A DNA stretch of 64,000 bases from Mobula hypostoma. Its lineage: Eukaryota. The translations under genes were made by a program, and so were the position numbers. The notes beneath the pieces were generated by a model. That model was not told the origin of the DNA and did no database searches. It was given only the letters and a program-made list of their open reading frames with translations. Within the stretch, counting starts at the first letter, position 1, and each line of letters opens with the position of its first letter. The stretch lies in NCBI RefSeq assembly GCF_963921235.1, contig NC_086108.1, positions 3,224,001 through 3,288,000 of the forward strand. Reading direction: 5' to 3'. This document shows, in pieces, positions 51,271-62,264 of this stretch.

Positions 51271-53377
51271 GATAATGTCTTACGACGCAGTGCATAATGA
51301 ATAAACAAGCGTCAAAACGTCCTTGGACGTCAACGACCAACGCAATCCAAGGACGTGTTGGGAGCAGGCCACACGTGTCACTATGCTTCTGGTGGCAACC
51401 TTGTATGTGTTCTACTTACTAATCCCAATCCGTCCGTGTTTGGAACCTGGAGCATCCAGCAGGAAACCACACGGTCACAGGGAGAACATACCAACAAAAC
51501 AGCAGGGGGAATGGAACCCCGGTCAAGGGTGGTGTCCAGTGTTTTGTTAACCGCTACACTACCCTGTCACCCACACCTCATCTGATGTTCTCCCATTGAC
51601 GAGTCACAAGCTCCCTCTCCACAATGATCTTGTAAATGCTCTGCTGTATCTCATCGCCATAGTAACACTCCAGAAGAGCTTGAAATGATTTAGGGACGGG
51701 GATGGTTTAGAGGTCAGGCCAGAGTCCAAGCCATGGAGAGAATTAAGGGTGATTAAAGGCAGGTAGGTGGAGATGAGTCCATGGTCAGATCAGCCATGAT
51801 CATATTGAATGGTGGAGCAGGCTCGACGGGCCAGATGGTCGACTCCTGATCCTATTTCTTATGTTCTCATGTTTGGAAGCCAGTGACGCAGACATAGGAC
51901 GTACGTAGTCAGATGTTGGGCTAGCAGACCAGCGCAGACAAGAGTCAGCAAGTTGGCGGCAGGTCCTGGGGTTGTTGTTCCGTGCGGACAGGAGGACAGT
52001 GGGCTGATGACCCCCTAGTTGCGCAAGTCAGCGAGACTGGACCGCAAGGTTTGGTGTCTGGGTCTGGTGTCCTGTCGTTGGCCGGTCCAGGGCCCAAGGG
52101 TTTGGTGACTGGTGAGTCCTGAGGTTGATACCGAAGGTCGGTCAGAAGATTGACTGGAAGTCCGGAGTCGAGGCTGTGAATATCCGTGAGTCCACTGGGG
52201 AAGTAAAAAGCCCAAGGTCTGCGAGTCCGAGGCGACTGCGAGCTGGAGTCTGAAGACAGCCTGTCCTGTCCTGGGTTTGGAGGACTGTGCATGTAGGTGG
52301 GAGAGAGGAACGAGGCTTGTTTCACCGGCCACCAACTTAGTTCTACTTCCCAATTCCATTCCAACATATCAGTCCAAGGCCTCCACTACTGTCGCAATGA
52401 GGCCACACTCAGGCTGGAGGGGTAGCACCGTATATTCCATCTGGGTAGCCTCCAACCTGATGGCATGAACATCGATTTCTCAAACATTGGGTAATTGATC
52501 CCCCCCTGCGCCATTCCCATTCCCAATTCCCTCTCTCACCTTTCAAGGACACTACTGAACAGACGTGGAGAGGATCTTTCTAACAGCGGAAGAGTCGAGG
52601 ACCAGAGGGCACAGCCTCAGAATAAAGAATGTGATGAAGAGGAATTTCATTAGCCAGAGGCTGGTGAATCGGTGGAATTCATTGTCACAGACGGCTATGG
52701 AGGCCAAGCCATCGGATATATTGAAAGCAGAAGTTGATTAGTCAGGTGCCAAAGGTTATGGGAAAAAGGTAGGAGAATGGGATGGAGAGGGGAAGTAAAT
52801 CAGTCATGATGGAATTGCAGAGCAGACTTGATGGGCAGAACGGCCTAATTCTGCTCCTCTGTCTTATGGTCTAATGAACCTGGGTCTCTGATGCTGGGAG
52901 GCAAGGCCACTGCACTGCCTTTTTTACCAGCCCTGTCAACTCAGGGGTAATTAAGGAGAGACGGTCTTTGTTGGCAATGCCTGTAATGTCCACATTCTAA
53001 CAACAGACAAATCTTTAAAAAAGACCTTATTGCCCTGCAAAGCTGTTTCTCCTGTCTGAAGTGTTTTTCTTGGATTGACTTTCATCAGGAATGTTCCACT
53101 AATAGCTGTCAAGTTCTTCCCCCCTCTCCCAGCAGACCCCCTTAATATTAATACAGTGTTAATGATCTGTGATCAAATGCATCAGAATTGTCCTCCACCA
53201 ACCAGAATTGCCCTCGTTCGATGAGCGTGTTAATTGGGTACGTGTTAATTAAGAAGCTTGTATGTAGTTCAGGATTCAGGAGAGGTGGAGACAGGAGCAA
53301 CCTCTTAGCCTGGTCTTTCCAGCCTTGCTCCTTTGTGCGTATTTTGGTTTCGCTGCTAGGAGACATTTCCCGTCGAG

Positions 53378-54496
53378 ATGCCCAGAGGATTTCTGGTCAG
53401 AAGGAAGAAGAGGGTTATGCCACGCAATGCGAGAGGGAGACAGGTCATGGGTTACCCTGACGATGGTCCCGACCCATGGACCTGGACTGGGGTTCACGGG
53501 AAGGGACTGAGGGAACGATCCAGCACAGTGAGGTTGTGGAACCAAAGTACTTTCTCCAGTGGGTTGTCAGCGTCAGATGATGCGGTTCACACCGTGACCA
53601 GATCACTGGCCAGGGAGACTGTCACATCTTCAACCCTTCAGTCAAGAAAAACATCAAGTCTTCCTGAGGCACCAGGACAGAGCAGTGTGGACTCATTGGT
53701 GGGAGAACTATGTGGCCTTGCAGGTCAGGTCAACACAACAAACCCCGTGGAGCAGAGTGCCAGACACAGGGCAGGACACACCAGTGACATGAAGAGCCTG
53801 AGCTGTGATGTTCTAGGGGCATACGTTTGCCGGTTGTGTGGTGATGAATACACAGACTGCTTTGCTCTGGCTCGACACAAATGCTCTGGGATAGTCCGGG
53901 TAGAATATCGGTGCTTGGAGTGTAGCAAGGTCTTTGGCTGCCTGGCCAACCTGGCCTCTCACCGCCGGTGGCACAAGCCTTCCCAGAATACCACCAGCCG
54001 CGGCAGGAAGAGGGCAGCACGGCGCCCAACTCTCAGGGGTTCATATGGTTGCCCAGGAAGCAAGGAGAGATCAGCTAATCCACTGAATCCGAACATACCT
54101 TCACCTCAGGTGGAGGGTGCGTTGCAGATCCACCGAGACAATGGCACCAAGTCAGTAAGGATGGAGACGTCTGCATGTGTGACTCCGCTGTACTGGACAG
54201 ACAATAACCTTCAACCCGGCCTCTTTCAGGGTCCCGTATATCCGCTGGATGGTCAGTGTGTGCTAGGCCATTCTTCCAGACCCAAGGCCTCACCGTGTCC
54301 ATCCCAGGCTGCCGAGGTCTTTAAGGATGGCATCCATAGTGTCGAGGTCTCCCAGCGCACGGTGGAGGCCATTCCTTGCAGGTGCCCCCTGGGAAGTGTC
54401 TTTACTACACCTGAAGCAAGAAGGCAGATGAGCGAACTAAAGATCGTGGAGAACAGTCAGGAGGTATCGCAGCTACAGGGGAGAAGAGGCTACTAA
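53378..54496 (+). CDS. INSM-family (insulinoma-associated, SNAG + C2H2 zinc finger) transcription factor, intronless, divergent; only ZF1-ZF2 intact
   Basis: 372-aa single-exon ORF starting [12 protein letters not shown], matching the SNAG motif of INSM1/2 (MPRGFLVKR). It contains [56 protein letters not shown] (about 53813-53980), matching the INSM ZF1 (C2HC-type, HKC) + RIVRVEYRC linker + ZF2 ([12 protein letters not shown]). Orthology within the family is not resolved. Confidence 0.93.
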   Translation: MPRGFLVRRKKRVMPRNARGRQVMGYPDDGPDPWTWTGVHGKGLRERSSTVRLWNQSTFSSGLSASDDAVHTVTRSLARETVTSSTLQSRKTSSLPEAPGQSSVDSLVGELCGLAGQVNTTNPVEQSARHRAGHTSDMKSLSCDVLGAYVCRLCGDEYTDCFALARHKCSGIVRVEYRCLECSKVFGCLANLASHRRWHKPSQNTTSRGRKRAARRPTLRGSYGCPGSKERSANPLNPNIPSPQVEGALQIHRDNGTKSVRMETSACVTPLYWTDNNLQPGLFQGPVYPLDGQCVLGHSSRPKASPCPSQAAEVFKDGIHSVEVSQRTVEAIPCRCPLGSVFTTPEARRQMSELKIVENSQEVSQLQGRRGY

Positions 54497-54579
54497 CCAT
54501 ACCAGCTACTCGCTCAGGACCATCACCCCTCATCTCCATTCGTCTGACCATGATGTGGATGTATGCCTTTACCTTGCTG

Positions 54580-54965
54580 TCACTGAGTGTACGTCCGTGG
54601 TCTTCTGCTGCTGTAGTCTATCCACTTCAAGGTTTGATGTGTTGTGTGTTCAGAGGTGCGCTTGTGCACACCACTGTTGTAACGTGTGGTTGTTTAAGTA
54701 ACTGTCGCCTTCCTGTCAGCTTGAACCAGTCTGGCTGTTTACTTCTGATCTCTCTCATTAACAAGGCGTTTTCACCCTCTCTAGATATTTTGTGTTTTTT
54801 GCACCATTCTCTGTAAACCCTAGAGGCTGCTGTGCATGAGAATCCCAGGAGATCAACTGTTTCTGAGATACTCAAACCACCCTGTCTGGTACCAACAATC
54901 GTTCCACGGCCGAAGTCACGTAGATCACATTTCTTCTCTGTTATGATATTTGGTTGAACAGCCAC
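54580..54965 (-). mobile_element. Tc1/mariner relic
   Basis: KKCDLRDFGRGTIVGTRQGGLSISETVDLLGFSCTAASRVYREWC. Confidence 0.8.
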
Positions 54966-55505
54966 TGAACTCCCAAGTCCCTTTGCACCTCTGATTTTTG
55001 AACTTTCTCCCCATTTAGAAAATGGTCCAAGTTTTTAGTCCTTCTACTGAGGTGCATGGCCATGCACTTCCCCACACGATATTCCATCTGCCACTTCTTT
55101 GCCCATTATTCTGATCTGTGTAAGTCCTTCTGCAGATACCCTGCTTCCTCAACGCTACCTGCCTGTCTGCCTATCTTTGTGTTGTCCACAAACTTGGTCA
55201 CAAAGCTGTCAATCCCATCATCCAAATCATTGACATATAAAGTAAAACGAAGGGGTCCCAATATTAACCCCTGAGGAACACCACTAGTCACTGGCAGCCA
55301 AGCAGAATAGGCCCCCTTTATTCCCACTCACTTCCTCCTGCCAGTCAGCCAATCCGCTATCCATATTTTTACCTTTTCTGTAATACCATGCACTCTCATC
55401 TTCTTCAGCAGCCTCGTTTGCGGCACCTTGACAAAGGCCTTCTGAAAACCCCAATAAACGACAAAACACTGACTCCGCTTTGTCTGTCCTGCTTGTTATT
55501 TCACT
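54965..55505 (-). mobile_element. CR1 RT fragment
   Basis: WLPVTSGVPQGLILGP...YVNDLDDG...KFVDNTK. Confidence 0.85.
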
Positions 55506-55564
55506 GATGTATGCTGTGAAGTTTGTTGTTTTGTGGCACTGAGGTATGAAAAAAAATGCAAAAC

Positions 55565-56215
55565 GTGCATTAAAAAGTAATGATGCAAAATACAGATGTG
55601 CAATGAAACCATATCGTTGTATACTTGAGGAGGAGGAGTTGTAGTCTCATAGCCACAGGGAGGAAGGATCTCCCGTGACGTTCAGTGCTGAACCTCAGAG
55701 GAATTAGCCTGTTACTAAAGGTGCTCCTCTGTTTGTCCAGCACGTCATGGAGGGGGTGAGAGGGATTGTCCATAAAGCTCCGTAGTTTCTGCAGGATCCT
55801 CCTCTCCGACACAACCACCAGGGAATCCAGTTCCACCCCCAGAACAGAACCAGCCTTCCCGACGAGCTTATCCATGTTCTTGGCGTCAGCTGCTCTCACC
55901 CTGCTGCCCCAGCGGACTGGAATGCTGGCCACCACTGAGTCGTAGAACATCTGCAGCAGAGTACGGCCGATGCTGAATGACCGGAGCCTCCTCAGGAAGC
56001 ACAGTCACCTCTGTCCCTTCTTGTAAGGAGCCACAGTGTATTGTCCAGGTGACTTTCCAGATACTGTAGTCCCAGATGACTTCTAATTCCATTCCCTTGA
56101 TGGAGATGGGAATACAGGGTGTTTTCACCTTCCTGAAGTCCACCACCAACTCCTTCATCTTAGTGATATTGAGCTGCAGGTGATTCATCCCACGCCCCTC
56201 AATAAAGTTGTCCAC
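55565..56215 (-). mobile_element. Rex1/Babar/L2-like LINE 3' fragment
   Basis: NHLQLNITKMKELVVDFRK; FYDSVVAS; MDNPSHPLH...TERHGRSFLPVAMRL. Confidence 0.8.
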
Positions 56216-56450
56216 CACTCTTCTGTTCTCAGCCTCTTGACCTCACCAGCCCTTTGTCTTTCCCATCCACCTGGCTTCACCTATCACCTTCTCGCTATCC
56301 TCCTTCCCTTCCCCTGCACTTTTATTCTGGAGTCTTCCCCCTTCCTTTCCAGTCCTGATGGAGGGTCTTGGCCCGAAACGTCGACTGTTTATTCATTTCC
56401 ATGGATGCTGCCTGACCTGCTGAGTTCCTCCAGCGTTTTTGGTGTGTGTG
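56215..56450 (+). mobile_element. Penelope-like pLTR fragment with hammerhead-like motif
   Basis: cagtcctgatggagggtcttggcccgaaacgtcgactg at 56350-56387. Confidence 0.8.
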
Positions 56451-57179
56451 GCTCTACAACTCATTTTCTCAGTACTATGTATTTACTTATTTATTTAGTG
56501 ATATAATTATTATTTTTTTGTATTTGCACAGTTTGCCTTTTGCACATTGGTCGTTTGTCAGTGTTTGTTTGTGTGTCGTATTTCTTCAATGGAGTGGATG
56601 TAGAGAGGATGTTTCCTATAGTGGGGGAGTTTTGAACCTGATGATATAAACTCAAAATAAAGGGACGTTCCTTCAGAACAGAGATGAGGAGGAATTTCTT
56701 TAGCCAGAGAGTGGTGAATCTGTGGAATTCATTGTCACAAAGGCTGTGGAGACCAAGTTATTGGGTATATTTAAGGCAGAGGTTGATTGATTCTTGATTG
56801 GTCAGGGATGAATACCGGGAGAAGACAGGAGAATGGATCGGTCATGATGAAATGGTGAAGCAGATTCATTGGAATAATTCTCCTCCTACATCCTACTGTC
56901 TAATTGTCTATATTGTGTTTCTTTGTTCTACTGTGAATGCCTGCAAGAAAACAAATCTCAATGCTGACTATTTAATAATAAATTTACTTTGGATTTAAGT
57001 GCAAAAAAGAGCAAAGTAGTACTTTCTGAAGTAAGACTATTCCATTGAAAATGTTTTAAAAATAGATACATAACTTAAATGTTTTCTCACTTTTAAAATT
57101 TTCTCTTATTTTCTTATAAGAAAGGAGAGGCCATTTGGCCCATTGATTCAGAACTGGTTCACAGAAATTCCTATGGGTC

Positions 57180-57610
57180 CCATTAGTTAGTAACTGCTTG
57201 TTACACCGCTGCCGTTTCGGGCAGTAATGAAGGTCCTCCATCTCTGTCTGTTCTTGGCCATCTTCTCTACTTTTCCCCAGATGTGGTTCCGGATTCTCAT
57301 TCCTGCCTCTACGGTATGGTGCCAAGTTGTCTTTGGCCTTTCAGAGGTCCAATGAAGAACTGTCTCAGAGATGGAGTTGGCCTCTGTCCTCACCATGAAC
57401 CCAAACCACCTCCACTGTTTCCTCACCATGATGGTGACCATGTCCTCTTGGTGACCCTGAAGGAGTAGCGGGTGGTTGGAGGTCTTTCTTGGTCAGAAAA
57501 TACGGGGGATCTTCTGGAGGCTCATGGCGCGGAATGACGACAACTTGGCAAGGTCACTATATATCATGCACCAGCATTCTGACCTGTACAAGAGTGCGGA
57601 CAGAACACAG
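57180..57610 (-). mobile_element. RTE-clade LINE 3' fragment
   Basis: RKQWRWFG...RPKTTW...MAKNRQRWRTFITA with a short (taac)-type tail. Confidence 0.75.
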
Positions 57611-58763
57611 ATTTGGGAGGGGTGTGGGTCCAGCTCAGGGTTAACAACTCTGACTGTCAAAAGGATTTGTTATGAAACAGCAATGAAGAATCATTTATCA
57701 TTAGTCCCATTGCCGCACTTATTTTCCCCACCTCTCTCATGCACGCATGCCTATCAACTGCCCCAGTTCTCCTGTCATTTACCTTCACCGAGAGTTCATT
57801 GACAGTGGCCATTGCGGGCAGCACAGTAGCGTGGTGCCTTATAGTCCCGGGAACGCAGGTTCAATTCCTGCCTCTGTCTGTAAGGAGTTTGCATGCTCTC
57901 CCCGTGACCGCATGGGTTTCCTCCGGGGGCTCCAGTTTCCTCTGAGCAGTCCAAAGACGTACCAGTTGGTGGGTTAATTGCTCATTGTAAATTAGGCTAG
58001 GATCAAATTGTGGTTTTGCTGGGCGGTGTGCCTCCAGTGGCCGGAAGGGCGGATCAATAAATAAATGTCTTTGAGGTGTATGAGCAAACTGGAGCACCCA
58101 GGAGAAGCCACACAGCAACAGCAAGATCCTGCAGACTCCACTCAGACAACACCAGAAGCCAGGGTTGAACCCTGGTCAGCAGGACCACTAAGTGCTGCAC
58201 TGTGACACCACCCACAGAATGAATAAGACTGCCGACTTCTGCAACAGTTCCACCCTGCAGGTTTCTCCGTCTTGTCCGCAACTCAGAGTTTCTGTTTGCT
58301 TTGAAATTCATCCCACAGTCCGGTGGGATTGATGAAGAATTAGGGGGAAAGGTGTTGGCTGGTGCTTGGTGGAGATTTGGTGGGTTGAAGTGTCTGTATT
58401 GCCCAGTGACTATCAGACCGTGCATTGCCTCTCCCTGTAAAGCTGACCGCAACTCCGAACAGCTCACTCATGGAGCTACCCCGTGAAGCGCGAAGATATA
58501 CATTTCCACAGTGCAGAATGCAATCTCACGCCATGCCAATGCACCTTACAACCAATGATGTCATCGGTAGCCACGGCAGCATAGCGATAAGCGCATCACT
58601 TTACAGGAACACTTGTAAGATCAGGTTTAATATCCCCAGCATACGTCGGTGAAACTTCTTGTCTTTGTGGCAATGCACAATGTACGATGCAATACATAAT
58701 AACAGAAAAAAGCCGAATTACAGCAAGCATGTGTATATTTATTGTGTAGTGAACTGAGGGAAG

Positions 58764-59045
58764 CACAGTAGCATAGTGGTTAGCAAAATGCTTTGCGGAT
58801 CCAGTGACCGGGGTTCAATTCTCTGCGCTGTCTGTAAGGAGTTTGTAGATTCTTTTCGTGATGGCGTTGGTTTCCTCCGGGTGCTCCGGTTTCTTCCCAC
58901 AGTCCCGAGACGTACCAGTTGGTAGGTGAATTGATCAGTGTAAATCGTTCCATGATTAGGCTAGGAGTAACTTGGGAGATCGCTGGGTGGTATGGCTCAA
59001 AGGGACAGAAATGCCTATTCTGTGCTACGTTTCAGTAAATAAATA
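58764..59045 (+). mobile_element. tRNA-derived V-SINE (HE1-like)
   Basis: A box (tagcatagtgg), B box (ggttcaattc), V-domain gtttcctccgggtgctccggtttc..cccacagtcc and a (taaa)n tail. Other copies at about 10845-10950, 31240-31505, 32810-33010(-), 38280-38530, 57810-58065 and 58065-58210(-). Confidence 0.85.
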
Positions 59046-60378
59046 AAATTAAAATAGTAATTAAAAAGTAGTGAGGTGGTGTTCATGGGTTCAATGTCCA
59101 TTCTGAAATCGGATGGCAGAGGGGAAGAAGCCGTTCCTGAATCGTTGAGTGTGTGTCTTCAGGCTCCTGTACCTCCTCCCTGATGGTGACAATGAGAAGA
59201 GGGCATGTCCTGGGTGGTGAGAGTCCTTAATGATGGACACCACCTTTCTGAGGCATTGTTCCTCAAAGATGTCCTGGAGGTGACTAAGTTTACAATTTTG
59301 TGCAGCTTATTTCAGTTTGTACAGTAGTTCCCCCACTGCCATAGCAGACAGCGATGCAGCCAGTTAGAAGTTTCTCCGCAGTAAATCTGTGGAAGTTTCT
59401 GAGTGGTTTTGGAGCCACGCACTATGGTGCAGAACAAGATGGCCAATGACCACTTGGAGCCTAAATTGAATTTTGCACCGAAGATGAGAGTTGATATGAC
59501 CAGCTGCCTAAATGTTTGCATCAAGTTCAGTCTTGTAGTCCATGCAAGGGTTAAACTTCCACAGGAAGTTTCATATGGTGGGGGGGGGGGAGTCCCCTTA
59601 AGGTGCAGACTCTGTGAGAAAGTGCTGTTAATGTAAGAAGCCTCTTACGATCTGGACAGACACAGCAGTTATCACAAGTCAGGCTGTTTGACACACTCAG
59701 ATCAATTATCAGCTTTCCTCTCCTCTGCCAAGAGTGTGCACATTGCAATTTCCAGTCCTGCCAGGCTATAGGAAACAATCTCACTGAGGCTCACATACAG
59801 CTTTAACAGGAAGTGACTGAGAGGAAATGTTGAAGACATTTGCAGCAACACATACTTTCGTGGTAATTAAAAAGTTCAGCAGTGCCAAACTATTCTTTAT
59901 TCTAGTTCTCTTGAGCTAGGGAGCTGCTGGAGATCTTTTCGAAACAATGGTGTGCAGATACGTGACCACTGAAAGATTGAAGTGTGATCAGAAATCAGGA
60001 AGTAAAACTTCCCCAGTTGTTCCTCAATTGCAGCCTCTTGCACATTTCGAAGTACATTTATCATCAAGTGTCTTACATGTCCCCATATATATCCCTGAGA
60101 TTCATTTCCTTCCAGGCATTTACAGTAGATACAAAGAAATACAATAGAATCATGAAAACTTACACACAATGGCAGACAAACAAGCAATGTGCAAATACAG
60201 TAAACTAATAATACTGATAACGAGTTGTAAAGTGAGTCCAATGTCTTAGCAAAGTACAGCACAGAAACAGGCCCTTTGGCTCTTCTAGTCCATCTGGAAA
60301 CCACTTAAACTGCCCTCTCCCGTTGGCCTGCCCTCCATATGTCTACCATCCATGTACCTGTCCAAACTTTGATTAAAC

Positions 60379-60563
60379 TTTGTTTCCCACCCTCCCCCCC
60401 GCCTTCTTTATAGGGCCTCTGCCCCTTCCCTCCTCAGTCCTGACGAAGGGTTCCGGCCCGAAGTGTTGACTGATCGTTTCCACGGATGCTGCCCGACCTG
60501 CTGAGTTCCTCCAGCGTGTTGTGAGTGTTGCTTTGACCCCAGCATCTGCAGAGTATTCTGTGT
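60379..60563 (+). mobile_element. Penelope-like pLTR insertion, 11-bp TSD
   Basis: TSD tttgattaaac at 60368-60378 and 60564-60574; hammerhead-like motif at 60435-60472 with GAAA changed to GAAG. Confidence 0.85.
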
Positions 60564-60950
60564 TTTGATTAAACGTTGTACTCAAGCTTGCACGCTCCAC
60601 TTGTGCTGGCAGCTCATTTCACACTCTCACCACCCTCTGAGCGAAGGAATTTCCCCTTATGTTCCTCTTAAACTTTTCACCTTTCACCCTTAAGCCACGA
60701 TCTCGAGTTGTCGTCCCACCCAACCTCAGTGGAAAAGGACTGCTTGCATTTACCCTATGTATACTCCTCATAATTTTGTATACCTCCATCAAATCTCTCA
60801 CTATTCTATGTTCTAAAGTATACAGTCCTAACCTACTCAATCTTCCCTAATAACTCAGGTCCTCCAGATTCAGCACATCCTTGTGAATTTTCTCAACCTT
60901 ATTTACATCTTTCCGGTAAATAGGTGCCAAAACTGCACACAATACTCTAA

Positions 60951-61140
60951 GTTGCTGGTGAACGCAGCAGGCCAGGCAGCATCTATAGGAAGAGGCGCAG
61001 TCGACGTTTCAGGCCGAGACCCTCTCGGCCTGAAACGTCGACTGCGCCTCTTCCTATAGATGCTGCCTGGCCTGCTGCGTTCACCAGCAACTTTGATGTA
61101 TGTTGCTTGAATTTCCAGCATCTGCAGAATTCCTGTTGTT
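60951..61140. mobile_element. Penelope-like insertion forming a perfect 71-bp-arm palindrome, 13-bp TSD
   Basis: Arms 60949-61019 and 61023-61093 are exact reverse complements around a ccc loop. TSD cacaatactctaa at 60938-60950 and 61141-61153. Confidence 0.92.
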
Positions 61141-62264
61141 CACAATACTCTAAATTAGGTCTCACCATGCATCATACAACTTCAACGTGACATCCCATCC
61201 CCTGTTCTCAGTGCTTTGATTTATGAAGGCCAATGTGCCAAAAGCTTTCTTTACAACCCTATCTACCTGTGACACAACTTTCAATGATTATGAACCTGTA
61301 TTCGCAGATCCCTCTGTTCTACCACACTCCTCAGTGCCCTAGCATTCAGTGTGTAAGGCCCTACTGAAGTCAACACATTGCACGTGTCTGCAGTGAATTC
61401 CATCTGCCATTTTTCAACCCATTTTTCCAACTGGTCCAGATAGCCCTGCAAGCCAAGAAAGTCTTCCTCACTGTCCACTACAGCTCCAATCCTGTGGCAT
61501 TCCCAGATTTGCTGATCCAGTTATCCACATTGTTATCCAGATGGTTGATATAGATGACAAACAACAACGGACCCAGCACGGTCTCTGCGGCATGCCACTA
61601 GTCACAGGCCTCCAGTCGAGAGGCAACCCTCCATCACCACCCTCTGGCTTCTTCGGCAAAGCCAATGACGACCTCATCCTGAATGCTGAACAACTGAACC
61701 TTCTTGTGTCTCAGTCTCTCTGAATCTCTCTCACTCTTTAAACACTCACTGGATCAGTTGTGTCTCAGTCTCTCTGTATCTCTCTCATTCTGTAAGACAC
61801 TCTGTCTCATTCATCTGCACTCTCAGATGGTTTGGGTTCAAGTCCACCTACCTGCGCTGTCTGTACTGATGCTGTCTTTCTGGACCGAGTATGATATGCA
61901 GTGTTTTGCAGACAAGATACTCTCACAAGTGAATGCAAGAACCTAAGAATTAGGAGCAGGAGTCGGCCATCTGGCCCATCTGTCGAGCCATTCAATAAGA
62001 TCCTGACTGATCTGGCCATGGGCTCAGCTCCATCCACTTATCTTCTGCCCAGAACTCTTAATTCCCCTGATATCCAAAAATCTAAGTAACTGTGTTAAAT
62101 ATATTTAATGTGGTAGCCTCTACTGCTTCCCTGGACAGAAACACTACTCTCTGGGAAAAGCAGTTTCTCCTCATGATGTCCTAAATATATTCCCCTTGAA
62201 TCCTGAGACAGTGGCCCCGAGATCTGGTCTCACTCGCCAGCAGAAACAACTACCTTGCTCTATC

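Larger units (their letters stand above)
60245..61690 (-). mobile_element. CR1 RT/3' fragment interrupted by two PLE insertions
   Basis: VTSGMPQ, LEKWVEKWQMEF, LEYCVQFW and FAQRVVRV motifs. Confidence 0.85.

Noticed and set aside
58764..58830. tRNA gene
   Set aside because: The A/B boxes belong to a V-SINE head; no complete cloverleaf is evident and the SINE body follows.
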